A DNA stretch of 64,000 nt from an uncultured Fluviicola sp. (GCA_964387525.1 CAYLWS010000003.1:18844-82843); one strand, 5' to 3'. Numbered from the stretch's first letter, positions 49,011 through 60,000 are shown. Notes: generated by a model not told the origin, from the sequence alone. Numbers and translations: made by a program.

Positions 49011-50813
49011 ATGAAAGTACTTACATTTGATGAAACATTCACTTCAATGCAAGCACAAGAATATTATTCTTCAAATATATTAAAAGGTAAAACAGAATTA
49101 AAACGATTAAAAAAAACGTTGCTCCAGTATGCAATGCTTCGATTGTTTATTTTCCTTTCTATTGTAGGTTTTTCCTACCTTTTTCGTTCGAATATTTCAA
49201 TCGTGTTATTAGTGATAGTACTTGGAATTTCGTTGTTTTTGTTATTTGTATCTAAATTTACAGATGCGAAAAATCAACGGAAATACTATAAGAAATATGT
49301 GCAAATAAATGAGGATGAATTCAATCTTTTTAATGGGGATTTGACTCCCTTTGATACAGGGGAACAATTTATTTCTGAAGAACATTACTACAACCAAGAC
49401 ATTGATTTATTTGGCGAAGGTTCAATTTTTCAACACATATGTCGTTCTAAAACGAAGAATGGAATACAGAATTTGGCAAACATCCTCAATTCTAATAATA
49501 TTGATTCAATTGAAGAAAAACAAATCACAATTAAAGAGCTTTCTAAAAAAGAAAATTGGCGTCAACATTTTCAAATAACAGCTTCTCTTATTGAAAAAGA
49601 AAATCAAACCGAAGCAATGTTGAAGTGGATTAAAAATTATCAACCAATAATTCCACAATACCTTCGTTTTTTACCCTTCATTTTTTCTCTTTTTTCTATC
49701 GTTGCAATTGGCGGTTATTTTATGGACCTTCTTCCTGGGAAATATTTATTGTATTGGTTTTTAATTGGTTTAATGATTACGGGTAAGTATGTAAAAAAAG
49801 TCACTCATTTATATCAATCGGCAAGTAAAATGCAGGATACTTTTACGCAGTATGCTCATTTATTAGATGGTATTGAAAAAGAATCCTTTGATTGTGATGT
49901 GTTGAAAGAGAAACAGAAAATCATCTCAACAAACGGCTTAAAAGCATCTGAACTTTTAAGAAAATACACCGCAGCAATAGATCATCTCGGACAACGGAAT
50001 AATTTATTGTTTTCCCCACCTGCCAATGGTTTTTTTCTGTGGGATATTTTGTCGGCTTATCGCGTTGAAAAATGGTTAGTTAATTTTAAATCTACCGTGA
50101 AGGAATGGTTTGAAGTGATCGAATATTTTGATGCAATGAATTCTTTAGGAAATTATACTTTTAATAATCAGGGGTATGTATTTCCAGTATTATCTGAAAA
50201 AAATACGACAATTAAAGCGACAGAGTTAGGACATCCACTTTTAAGAAAGGATCAACTAGTTTCTAATGATATTGAATTACTGAAGGATGAGTTTTTTATT
50301 ATCACTGGCGCAAACATGGCTGGAAAAAGCACTTTTTTAAGAACTATTGCACTCAATATTGTTCTCGCTAATTGCGGATTGCCCGTACAGGCGAAGTCAT
50401 TTTCCTATGAACCTATAAAGTTAATTTCAAGCATGAGAACGTCTGATTCTCTTCAAAATGATGAATCTTATTTCTTTTCGGAACTGAAGCGATTGAAATT
50501 TATAGTTGATGAAATTAAAAATGATCGGTTTTTTATTATTCTAGATGAAATTTTAAAAGGAACCAACAGTAAAGACAAGGCTGAAGGTTCAAAAAAATTC
50601 GTTAAGAAACTAGTCGATTCTAAGTCCACGGGTGTTATTGCTACGCATGATTTAAGTCTTTGTACATTAGCGGAAGAATTACCAGAAGTAAAAAACCACT
50701 ATTTTGATGCAGAAATCATTGACGATGAATTGTTTTTTGATTACACCTTTAAAAAAGGAATATGCCAAAATATGAACGCATCGTTTTTACTGAAGAAAAT
50801 GGAAATTGTTTGA
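49011..50813 (+). CDS. MutS-related protein: membrane-anchored MutS domain-V ATPase without a mismatch-recognition domain
   Basis: Walker A TGANMAGKSTFLRT, SYFFSELK, Walker B FIILDEILKGTN, ATHD. Four hydrophobic helices in the N-terminal half. Confidence 0.8.
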   Translation: MKVLTFDETFTSMQAQEYYSSNILKGKTELKRLKKTLLQYAMLRLFIFLSIVGFSYLFRSNISIVLLVIVLGISLFLLFVSKFTDAKNQRKYYKKYVQINEDEFNLFNGDLTPFDTGEQFISEEHYYNQDIDLFGEGSIFQHICRSKTKNGIQNLANILNSNNIDSIEEKQITIKELSKKENWRQHFQITASLIEKENQTEAMLKWIKNYQPIIPQYLRFLPFIFSLFSIVAIGGYFMDLLPGKYLLYWFLIGLMITGKYVKKVTHLYQSASKMQDTFTQYAHLLDGIEKESFDCDVLKEKQKIISTNGLKASELLRKYTAAIDHLGQRNNLLFSPPANGFFLWDILSAYRVEKWLVNFKSTVKEWFEVIEYFDAMNSLGNYTFNNQGYVFPVLSEKNTTIKATELGHPLLRKDQLVSNDIELLKDEFFIITGANMAGKSTFLRTIALNIVLANCGLPVQAKSFSYEPIKLISSMRTSDSLQNDESYFFSELKRLKFIVDEIKNDRFFIILDEILKGTNSKDKAEGSKKFVKKLVDSKSTGVIATHDLSLCTLAEELPEVKNHYFDAEIIDDELFFDYTFKKGICQNMNASFLLKKMEIV

Positions 50814-50820
50814 CAGTGAA

Positions 50821-51852
50821 TTAATTCAATAACTCTAGAATCATTTTTTCCAATTCCCCTGTCGACGGTCGTGGAGCATTTACATCAACAACTTTAAAAT
50901 CTTTATCCAATACGACATAGCGAGGGATGTAATTCACCATCCAATCATCAAATTGGGAATATTCATCTTTGTTTACAAAAATATTATGCTTAAACCCTAA
51001 ATCGGTCGCCATTTTTTTCCAAGGTTTTTCTTCAGAATATACTCCAAGACTAATGAAAATTACTTCTTCTTCATATTTGTTTTCCAATTCTTTGTAAGCA
51101 GGCATTTCTGCTCGACATGGTGCGCACCATGGTGCCCAAAAGTCAATAACGATTACTTTTCCTTTGAATTGAGATAGACTTATTTCTAACCCTTTTAAAT
51201 CTATACCTTTAATGTCGATTCCATCCGAACCTGCTAGTTTTTGAAATGCTTGCATCATTTCGAGGTTTTCGATGAATGACTTACGAAGATTGAGTCTCGA
51301 TTTTTCAAAACCTGCAATCAATTTATCACCATATACTTTAAAATCTTCAATGGATTGGTAATCTTTGGTGAGGTCAATTAGCTTCGATATTTCAGAATCA
51401 ATGTAAGTAAAAACTTCATTGGTGTCAGTGTCGGCATCAAACCCATATACTTGATTGGTTACACTTTCAGTCATTAATGCCATGTTTTTGATTGCATTGT
51501 TTTTTTCTGCTCCTTTTCCATAGTACTCAATTGTTTCATCAAACATTTTTGTGTTTAATGTTAAAAAGAGTTCATCACCAGGTTGAATTAAAAAAGTGGT
51601 AGATTCATTTCCATCGTTAAAAAACATTTCACTCAAGGTTTCAACTTCAAAAGTCATTTGAAATGAACCGTTTTTGTCTAGTTTGGCAGTAGAAATCGTT
51701 TTCTCCTCTTCTTGACCATTCTTCGTAATTGTTTTAAAAACAAAGACGTTTTCATTGTTTGGATTTGTAATTGTGCCATTAAATGTCACTTTTGATTGAG
51801 AAAAAGACATAAATGTCACTGTCAAAATGACAAAAGAGAGTAGATGTTTCAT
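50821..51852 (-). CDS. TlpA-family thiol:disulfide oxidoreductase (thioredoxin fold) with N-terminal extension
   Basis: Signal peptide. Active site WAPWCAPC. Confidence 0.8.
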   Translation of the reverse strand: MKHLLSFVILTVTFMSFSQSKVTFNGTITNPNNENVFVFKTITKNGQEEEKTISTAKLDKNGSFQMTFEVETLSEMFFNDGNESTTFLIQPGDELFLTLNTKMFDETIEYYGKGAEKNNAIKNMALMTESVTNQVYGFDADTDTNEVFTYIDSEISKLIDLTKDYQSIEDFKVYGDKLIAGFEKSRLNLRKSFIENLEMMQAFQKLAGSDGIDIKGIDLKGLEISLSQFKGKVIVIDFWAPWCAPCRAEMPAYKELENKYEEEVIFISLGVYSEEKPWKKMATDLGFKHNIFVNKDEYSQFDDWMVNYIPRYVVLDKDFKVVDVNAPRPSTGELEKMILELLN

Positions 51853-51881
51853 TGTTTTTGTACTTATTCAAATTTGTAAAA

Positions 51882-51889
51882 CAAATTTA
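51882..51889 (-). promoter_or_regulatory. candidate -7 box (TAAATTTG on the coding strand) for the TlpA-like gene
   Basis: Exact TAnnTTTG 30 nt upstream of the ATG at 51852. Confidence 0.35.
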
Positions 51890-51961
51890 AGAATGATTTC
51901 TTGGAATAAAAGGTGAATATTTCTTCAACATTGGAAAGCCAAATGTAATTTTTTTTGGATC

Positions 51962-52024
51962 TTGATTGTGAGCGCTTTAGCTATGCGTGCATTGCTTTAT
52001 TTTAGCTAAATCACTCACAATCAA
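51962..52024. repeat. long imperfect inverted repeat (20-nt arms, 18/20 complementary, 23-nt loop)
   Basis: TTGATTGTGAGCGCTTTAGC ... GCTAAATCACTCACAATCAA read directly. Confidence 0.6.
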
Positions 52025-52195
52025 ACTCTAAATTTTTGTTAAAAATCAGAAGTAAAGCAATATATTAAAATGAACGACGTTTTATGAAATAACAATACAT
52101 GTTGAGAAAGGCGGAAAAGTTGGCACACAATTTGAATGTCCAGAATCAACTAATAGTAGTAGTTAGTTTTCATAAGTAGTAGTAGTTTAGGTTTT

Positions 52196-52234
52196 GAACG
52201 GGAAGGATGCCAGTCTTTCCCGTTCATGTTTTTT
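52196..52234 (+). terminator. strong orphan rho-independent terminator
   Basis: 11-bp stem GAACGGGAAGG/TCTTTCCCGTTC (one G-U), 8-nt loop, then ATGTTTTTT. No annotated gene ends here. Confidence 0.6.
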
Positions 52235-52314
52235 ATAAAGTTTATACTGGATAATAAAACAACCTACAGTTCACCTTTTCTCTTTATTAATTCATCCAAT
52301 TCATTTTTTTCGCT

Positions 52315-52322
52315 TATTTTTG
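52315..52322 (+). promoter_or_regulatory. candidate -7 box for lepA (TATTTTTG)
   Basis: Exact TAnnTTTG 34 nt upstream of the lepA ATG. Confidence 0.4.
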
Positions 52323-52355
52323 TCTGCTATCTCAATTCGGTAGAATAATACAGCT

Positions 52356-54152
52356 ATGAAGAACATTCGAAATTTTTGCATCATTGCACATATTGACCAC
52401 GGTAAAAGCACGTTGGCTGATCGATTATTACAAACAACAGGGACTATTTCTGACCGTGAAATGCAAAATCAAGCTTTGGATGATATGGACATTGAACGAG
52501 AACGTGGCATTACAATTAAAAGTCATGCGATTCAAATGAACTTCAATAAAGACGGTCAGGATTATGTATTGAATTTAATTGACACACCTGGACATGTTGA
52601 TTTTTCATACGAAGTATCACGTTCTATCGCTGCATGTGAAGGCGCGCTATTAATTGTAGATGCATCTCAAGGAATTGAAGCGCAAACTATTTCTAATTTA
52701 TACCTTGCTTTGGAACATGATTTGGAAATTATTCCAATTCTAAATAAAATGGATTTACCAGGGGCTCAACCTGAAGAAGTAACCGATCAAATTGTTGAAC
52801 TAATTGGGTGTGATCCTAGCGATGTTATTCCAGCTTCTGGAAAAACAGGTTTGGGAGTCGACGAAATTTTAACAGCAATTCTTGATAGAATACCTGCTCC
52901 TACTGGAGATGAAAACGCACCACTTCAAGCAATGATTTTTGATTCTGTCTTTAATCCGTTTAGAGGAATTATAGCGTATTTCAGAATTAAAAATGGAACC
53001 TTGAAGAAAGGAGAGAGAATTAAATTCTTAAATACTGGAAAATCATACAATGCGGAAGAAGTTGGAATTCTAAAAATGGATCTTCAACCTCGGAAAGAAG
53101 TTAAAGCTGGAGATGTAGGTTACATCATTTCTGGAATTAAAAAAGCAGCTGAAGTTAAAGTTGGGGATACAATTACAAGTGAAGCAAATCCAACAGAAGA
53201 AGTAATCAAAGGTTTTGAGGATGTAAAACCAATGGTTTTTGCCGGAATTTACCCTGTAGATACGGATGATTATGAAGAACTGAGGTTTTCAATGGAAAAA
53301 TTGCAATTGAATGATTCTTCTTTGGTTTTTGAACCAGAATCTTCAGCAGCACTTGGTTTTGGATTTCGTTGTGGATTCCTTGGAATGCTGCACATGGAAA
53401 TTATCCAAGAGCGCTTAGAAAGAGAATTTAACATGACTGTTATTACGACTGTTCCCAATGTGTCGTATAAAGCATACATGAGAAAAACTCCTGATGTTGC
53501 TCAAATTGTAAACAATCCTTCTGAATTGCCTGATCCTTCTGGAATGGAAAGAATTGAAGAACCTTATATAAAAGCGCAAGTTATTACGAAGTCAGAATAC
53601 GTTGGACAAATCATGAATTTGTGTATTCAAAAGAGGGGAGAATTGACAAATCAAGTGTACCTTACACAAGATAGAGTCGAACTTTCTTTTGAAATGCCAA
53701 TGGGTGAAATTGTCTTTGATTTTTATGATCGACTAAAAACGGTTTCCCGTGGATATGCATCTTTTGATTATCATCCAATTGGGTATAAAACATCGGATTT
53801 GATTCGAATGGATTTATTATTGAATGCTGAAATGGTCGATGCTCTTTCTGCACTTGTTCATAGAAGTAATGCCTACGATCTTGGAAAGAAAATTTGTGTC
53901 AAATTGAAAGAATTGATTCCACGTCAACAGTTCGAAATTCCAATTCAAGCAGCTATTGGTGCGAAAGTAATTGCCCGTGAAACGATTAAAGCATTGCGTA
54001 AAGATGTAACTGCAAAATGTTACGGTGGAGATATTTCTCGTAAACGTAAATTGTTGGAAAAACAAAAAGCAGGTAAGAAAAGAATGCGACAAGTTGGACG
54101 AGTTGAAATTCCTCAAGAAGCCTTTTTAGCAGTATTGAAATTGAACGATTAA
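52356..54152 (+). CDS. lepA: translation elongation factor 4
   Basis: 598 aa. [19 protein letters not shown]-motifs and the LepA-specific C-terminus (...[24 protein letters not shown]...). Confidence 0.97.
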   Translation: MKNIRNFCIIAHIDHGKSTLADRLLQTTGTISDREMQNQALDDMDIERERGITIKSHAIQMNFNKDGQDYVLNLIDTPGHVDFSYEVSRSIAACEGALLIVDASQGIEAQTISNLYLALEHDLEIIPILNKMDLPGAQPEEVTDQIVELIGCDPSDVIPASGKTGLGVDEILTAILDRIPAPTGDENAPLQAMIFDSVFNPFRGIIAYFRIKNGTLKKGERIKFLNTGKSYNAEEVGILKMDLQPRKEVKAGDVGYIISGIKKAAEVKVGDTITSEANPTEEVIKGFEDVKPMVFAGIYPVDTDDYEELRFSMEKLQLNDSSLVFEPESSAALGFGFRCGFLGMLHMEIIQERLEREFNMTVITTVPNVSYKAYMRKTPDVAQIVNNPSELPDPSGMERIEEPYIKAQVITKSEYVGQIMNLCIQKRGELTNQVYLTQDRVELSFEMPMGEIVFDFYDRLKTVSRGYASFDYHPIGYKTSDLIRMDLLLNAEMVDALSALVHRSNAYDLGKKICVKLKELIPRQQFEIPIQAAIGAKVIARETIKALRKDVTAKCYGGDISRKRKLLEKQKAGKKRMRQVGRVEIPQEAFLAVLKLND

Positions 54153-54203
54153 TTTTCTTTTCATTTTTCTGGTTACTTTTTTGAATACTTTCATTCTCTA
54201 CGT

Positions 54204-54614
54204 ATGGAAGTTAAAATAAGAGAAAAAGAGAAAGATACAGTAGCTGATTTTATTTTTGCTGTAGAAACTAAAAACATGATTACTCTAGCTAATTTATTGT
54301 CGGAAGGCGGTGAGTTTGAAATTGATGATGAAAAAAGAGAAAGTCATGAAGTTGGTAAATACCAATTTTTAGCTTGGTTTGAAAAGAAGTTGAAAAAAAC
54401 AACCATTCGAAACTCTTCTACCGATCAATGTTTGAGGTGTCAAATAGGAAACCCAGTCGTGTTTTTTAATAATGGAGAATTCCCTAAGAAAAATTTATCG
54501 TTTGAGCGACCTCGAATGGGCTTAATGCTTGAGATTAACAACGGTAAAATTGCATTAATTCAGTTTTGCTATACCTTTCTTCATTCTAAAAATGAGCGAA
54601 GATGTGATGCATAG
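54204..54614 (+). CDS. hypothetical protein (136 aa)
   Basis: ORF only. No family recognised. Confidence 0.45.
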   Translation: MEVKIREKEKDTVADFIFAVETKNMITLANLLSEGGEFEIDDEKRESHEVGKYQFLAWFEKKLKKTTIRNSSTDQCLRCQIGNPVVFFNNGEFPKKNLSFERPRMGLMLEINNGKIALIQFCYTFLHSKNERRCDA

Positions 54615-54962
54615 TTAATTCTTAAAAAACTTCATTTTAATACCTAATGTATACTTATTCAACTGTACTTCAGTGTTTTTTCTTTTGATAATAAAATATT
54701 AGTCAAGGATAAAAACTGCTTATTTAAATCATAAAAGAAGAATTAGTTTTACGGTTTATACCATTTAAAAATAGATTGGATTCGGTTTAATTTATTTTAA
54801 ACTTTCCTCCGAAAGGAATCTTTTTTTTCATTAAAAATAATCTACATGTTATGAGTAACGACATACATACTTAAAAAGACTAAAAACCACCTATTTTAAA
54901 GGGATAAGTAAAAGAAAGAGTCTGAAAAAGTGTAAGAATGAAATTGTGATTAACGAGGTTAG

Positions 54963-54970
54963 TAATTTTG
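54963..54970 (+). promoter_or_regulatory. candidate -7 box (TAATTTTG) followed by a 9-bp inverted repeat in the leader
   Basis: Exact TAnnTTTG 55 nt upstream of the ATG at 55025. GTATTGATT(54974..54982)/AATCAATAC(54992..55000) follows immediately. Confidence 0.4.
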
Positions 54971-55024
54971 CAAGTATTGATTCCTTACCCAAATCAATAC
55001 ACTGAATTTTAAAATTTAACTAAA

Positions 55025-56311
55025 ATGAAAAAGTTAATTTATGGAAGTTTATTCCTTGCCATAGTAGGAATTGGAATTGTTGGATGTAAGAAGAAAAACC
55101 TTACGGAGATAACTAAAAGGAATGAAAATCGGGACATTGTCTATTCTTTGGATAAAATTCCAGTTTTAAAAAATGAACAAGATGTAAATACATTACTTTT
55201 AAACCCTAACGACAAAGATGAAGAAAAGTTAAATAAATATCTTTATGAAATTGGTCTTGCAATTAAACCTCTAATTAAAGAAAGTAATTTTAATCAAATT
55301 ATTATAGATTTAGCGATTAATTCAGGTAGTGAGACAGCTTATCTATTAGACTTAAAAGATAAGTCACCTTATTATTTTAATTTAATAAATGAAAATCTAG
55401 CTAAAGTTAATCTAAGTCTTGAAGGTATAGCAAATGATATGACTCATACTCCTTTAACTGGTAATCCAAAATATCCAGAAACAATGGAGGTAGAAAAATA
55501 TGTTCCTGCTATTTTTATTCCAAATCTAATCTCAGTGGATAGAGTAAAACAACCTTTACTTTCTCCTAATGTAGAAGTAAATGCAGAAAATAATTCTGAA
55601 ATTGAAAATTATATTGTTACTTGGTATTTTAATGATGCAGGTGAGGAATTTGAAATAATATTAGGAGAAGAAACTTCTCTGGTAACAACAAATCCTTTAT
55701 TTCTGATAGACCACGCAAGTCCTAAAGGTTATTTACCTCAAAGTAATGGTAATAAACCTAAACCTGCAAATGATGAAGTAATTAATACTGAAAAGGGGTT
55801 TAATGACATTACTAATCTTAGAATTAAACAAGTAGGAATTAAACCAGGTTATAGCTATGAATCTTGGTCATGGGATAAATCTGAACTTGCATTAATCGTT
55901 GTTAATGCAAATTTCGGTGTTAATAGTTCACCTGAATTTAATGATAATAACGACCTGTCAACTACATTAATAAAAATGCACCCAGGGGTCTTAGATTTTA
56001 ATCATCATTTTGTGACTAACTACATTCCTTCTTATGGATATAATGGTTCAAGAGTTTATTGGAATACATTTGAAAGAGACTGGAATAGATCTAAGAAGGA
56101 CTTAGGTTATGCATTAAATGTTTTTGGCTCTTCTGGTAACATTGATGATGTTATTCTTACAGGGAGAATGAGATATAATGGTGACTGGTATATGTGGATA
56201 CCTTCTACATTATCGCAACATCGTTACCCTGTCGTTTGGTATCAATGGGAAACTGAGGTTAATTGGAACAATTGGAAGTCTAATATTAACATTTACCCTA
56301 TAGTATATTAA
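55025..56311 (+). CDS. hypothetical lipoprotein (428 aa), Trp-rich C-terminus
   Basis: Lipobox IGIVGCKK. No family recognised. Confidence 0.65.
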   Translation: MKKLIYGSLFLAIVGIGIVGCKKKNLTEITKRNENRDIVYSLDKIPVLKNEQDVNTLLLNPNDKDEEKLNKYLYEIGLAIKPLIKESNFNQIIIDLAINSGSETAYLLDLKDKSPYYFNLINENLAKVNLSLEGIANDMTHTPLTGNPKYPETMEVEKYVPAIFIPNLISVDRVKQPLLSPNVEVNAENNSEIENYIVTWYFNDAGEEFEIILGEETSLVTTNPLFLIDHASPKGYLPQSNGNKPKPANDEVINTEKGFNDITNLRIKQVGIKPGYSYESWSWDKSELALIVVNANFGVNSSPEFNDNNDLSTTLIKMHPGVLDFNHHFVTNYIPSYGYNGSRVYWNTFERDWNRSKKDLGYALNVFGSSGNIDDVILTGRMRYNGDWYMWIPSTLSQHRYPVVWYQWETEVNWNNWKSNINIYPIVY

Positions 56312-56315
56312 TACG

Positions 56316-56350
56316 AATAACCGAGGTAAAAATTCACCTCGGTTATTTAT
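56316..56350 (+). terminator. terminator-like hairpin (possibly leaky)
   Basis: 12-bp perfect stem AATAACCGAGGT/ACCTCGGTTATT with an 8-nt loop. Weak T-tract. The next ATG is only 14 nt downstream. Confidence 0.5.
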
Positions 56351-56363
56351 AATTCATTTTAAC

Positions 56364-57008
56364 ATGAAATATATACCAATTCTTCTTCTTTTTGTAATAA
56401 CTAGTTCAAACTTGTCATATTCTCAATTTAGAATTGAAACAAATTTTAACTCAGTTCACATAGGTAGGAATCAAAGCTTATTAATCAGTTATAAAATCAA
56501 GAAATTACAAATTGGTTTAGGAGTAAAATATAATTTTAACAAACTGGTAAATTTCCCTCAAAATAATATATATAAAAAAACGTTTTATGCAATAACCGAT
56601 TCTGAACATTGGGGTATGGAATTAAATCTTAAATATCAGATTTTCAATAAAAAAGATGTGTTTTTTATTCATTTATTTCTTAATTCTCAATACACTAAAT
56701 CACACATAAGACATGAAGCTTATTTGGCTATAGGTCAGTTAGTGCCAAACCCAACATCTGAACTTGATTATGTTTATATTAAACATATCAATTATATTGG
56801 TCCAATAATCGCCCTCGAAAATAATTTTGGTTTAGCATTTGATTTTTATCTGAGTGAAAAAATATACCTTACCCAAAAGTTTGGTGTCGGTATGGTCTTC
56901 TTTAAAAACTTAGATAAAAACACAATTATTGCTGGTGATGGTGATTGGGAGCTTTCAGAAATGTTAAGTTTTGGTGTTGGCTATCAGTTTAATAAAAAAA
57001 GAAAATAA
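56364..57008 (+). CDS. hypothetical outer-membrane beta-barrel-like protein (214 aa)
   Basis: Signal peptide. Alternating-residue strands. C-terminal ...SFGVGYQF before a basic tail. Confidence 0.5.
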   Translation: MKYIPILLLFVITSSNLSYSQFRIETNFNSVHIGRNQSLLISYKIKKLQIGLGVKYNFNKLVNFPQNNIYKKTFYAITDSEHWGMELNLKYQIFNKKDVFFIHLFLNSQYTKSHIRHEAYLAIGQLVPNPTSELDYVYIKHINYIGPIIALENNFGLAFDFYLSEKIYLTQKFGVGMVFFKNLDKNTIIAGDGDWELSEMLSFGVGYQFNKKRK

Positions 57009-57052
57009 GTAATGCTCATAACAAAACCTAAGAAACGTTATAATACCTTATG

Positions 57053-57082
57053 AACTAAAACTAAAACTAAAACTAAAACTAG
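57053..57082 (+). repeat. hexanucleotide tandem repeat (AACTAA)x4 + AACTAG
   Basis: Read directly. Ends 5 nt before the ATG at 57088. Confidence 0.9.
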
Positions 57083-57087
57083 AAACG

Positions 57088-60000
57088 ATGAAACGAACAA
57101 CAAACTTCGACCTACTCAGTCGAAAATTTTTAATTTTAACTCTTTTATTTTTCACTTACAATACTCAAGCTCAAAGTACAGCTAACAACTGGGTAAATGA
57201 AATGATTAAGGAAGGAGCAAATTTTGAAGAAACAAAAAGTGCTTTTTATACTGAATGGCAAGGTAAAACTTATTCTAAAGGTCATGGTTGGAAACAATTT
57301 CATCGATGGGAATCTTTTTGGGAAACAAGATTAATGACTGATGGTAGCTTCCCAAATTTTAAAGAAGCTTACCAAAATTTCAATCAATATAAAAATTCTT
57401 TTGCAAAAACAAAAGTAGCTAACAATGGTGGTAACTGGACTCCAATTGGTCCATTTACTCACACAAATTCAGATTCGTGGAGTCCCGGTCAAGGTAGGGT
57501 TAATTTTATCTCACAAGATCCGAGTAATTCGAATACAATTTTCTTAGGAACTCCAGCTGGAGGTGTTTGGAAATCTGTTGATTCAGGTTCGAATTGGACA
57601 CCTTTAGGTGATGACCTTGCTGTTATGGGGGTTTCAGGAATAGCAATATCCCATTCTAATAGTAATACAATTTATCTTTCAACTGGAGATGCAGATGGTG
57701 GAGATACATATAGTATTGGTGTTCTAAAATCTGTAGACGGTGGTTTATCTTGGAATGTTGCAGGTAATTTAGCAGGTAATCTTAAGGATATTGTAATTGA
57801 TCCATCAAATGATAATATTGTTTACGTTTGTTCACAAAATGGTGTATATAAAACGACAAATGGAGGTGCAAATTGGTCTCAAGTATTGAATGGTTCTTAC
57901 CGTGATTTAGAATTAAAACCAAATTCACCTCAAACGATTTATGCAGCTTCTCAAAGTCAAGTGTATTATTCAAATAATGGAGGTGCAAATTGGGGGAATG
58001 CAGGAGGTCTTCCTTCTGGGTCGTCAAGAATTGCATTAGCTGTAACTCCTGCAAATGATTCGTATGTGTATCTTTTAATTGCAAATTCTAATGGAGCTTA
58101 TGAAGGAGTATATCGTTCACAAAACAGTGGAGTGTCTTTTTCGGCAAGAAATACAAACACAGATGTATTCAATGGATCTACTCAATCTTGGTACGATATG
58201 ACTATTTGTGTATCAGATGTTGATGCAGATATTGTTATGACAGGATGTTTAAATGTTTGGAAATCAACTTCAGGTGGATCTAGTTTCTCGCAAGTTAACA
58301 ATTGGAGTTCACCAAATGGTTCAGCATATACACATGCAGATATTCATTTTCTAAGGTATTATGATGGTAACTTTTATTGTGGATCTGATGGAGGTATTTA
58401 CCGTTCAACAAATGACGCGAGTTCTTTTACAAATTTAACTGACGGGTTACAAATTAGTCAGTTTTACAGAATTTCAGGTTCACCGAATGATGGAACTACA
58501 ATAGCGGGTGGACTTCAAGATAATGGTGGATATGTATGGAACAATAGTAGTTGGAAAAATTATTATGGAGCAGATGGTATGGAGGCTGCAGTTGATCACA
58601 CAAATTCTGACAATATCTATGGAATGATTCAAAATGGCACCATGTATCTTTCAACAAATGCAGGAGCGACAAATCAAAGTGCAGGAAGACCACAAGGAGA
58701 AGTAGGAAGATGGGTTACACCAATGCAACTTACGAATGACGGGTCACGAATAATTGCAGGGTATGATAATTTATATGAATTCAATGGAGCTTGGAATCAA
58801 TTGTCAACATATAACTTTCCTGAAAAATTGAGAAATATTGAATTATATGATGCAAATACAAATGTTATGTTTTTGTCAACTAATTCATCAATTTATAGAA
58901 CAAATAACAACGGTGTCAATGTTGTTAATATTACCAATAATCTTACAAATGTTTTAAATGGTAATGTGATTACTTCAATTGAAGTTGATCCTGCTGATTC
59001 GAATAGAATTTGGGTTTCAATTGGTGGTTGGACTAGTGGAGCAAAAGTTGCTTTTACTTCTAATGGAGGACAGAATTGGTCAAACGTTTCTGGGACATTA
59101 CCTAATTTACCATGTAATATTGTAAAATATGAAGCAGGTTCAAGTTTAAGTAATGCAATATATATTGGAATGGACATTGGGGTATATTATCAAGATGATA
59201 ATATTGGTGATTTTGTACCTTATATGGTTAACCTTCCAAATGTTATTGTTAGAGATTTAGAACTTAATGAGGTGAATGGAGTAATTCGTGCAGGTACTTA
59301 CGGAAGAGGTGTGTGGGAATCTGGTGTATATTCTACAACGACGAATGCAAATGATGCTGGTATCACATCTATTATTAATCCTTCGAGTTCTTTTTGTGGT
59401 GAAACCTTCACTCCAATTGTTAAACTAAAGAATTTTGGAAGTGATGATTTATTACAAATTGATATTTTATATCAAATTGATAATGGAACTATTTCAACAT
59501 TAAATTGGACAGGAAATTTAATCGCTTTCAATTCAGAAAATGTTACTTTACCTTCTGTTACAGCAGGTGGTACGCATACGTTTAAAGCTTGGACTAATTC
59601 TCCAAATGGTTTATTAGATGAAGATCTTTCAAATGATTCTACTTTGTTAGATTATACTGGAATTGTAAATGGACATATGATTACCACAATGATTTCTGAA
59701 GATTGCTGGGGTTCAGAAACAACTTGGGATATTGTATCTTCAACAGGAGATACATTATTGTCAGGTGGGCCTTATGTTGATGGAAATGCATCAAACATTA
59801 ATACAGACTCAACTTGCGCTAATTCTGGATGTTATGAATTCATAATCAATGATGTGTACGGTGATGGAATAGCAGGCGCTTCAGACCAGTCTTGTGGGAC
59901 AGATGGGAGTTATTCTGTTTTAAACGATAATGGAGGAATTCTTATTCAAATGACTGACGCTTCTTTTGGGAGTCAAGCAATTCACCCATTTTGTGTTGGA

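Noticed and set aside
52196-52225. GGAAGGATGCCAG in the hairpin loop region looked a little like the SRP RNA domain IV GGAAGGAAGCAGCC.
   Set aside because: There is no GNRA-capped helix 8 with the symmetric and asymmetric loops, and no long 5'/3' pairing. The structure is a simple stem-loop plus T-run, i.e. a terminator.
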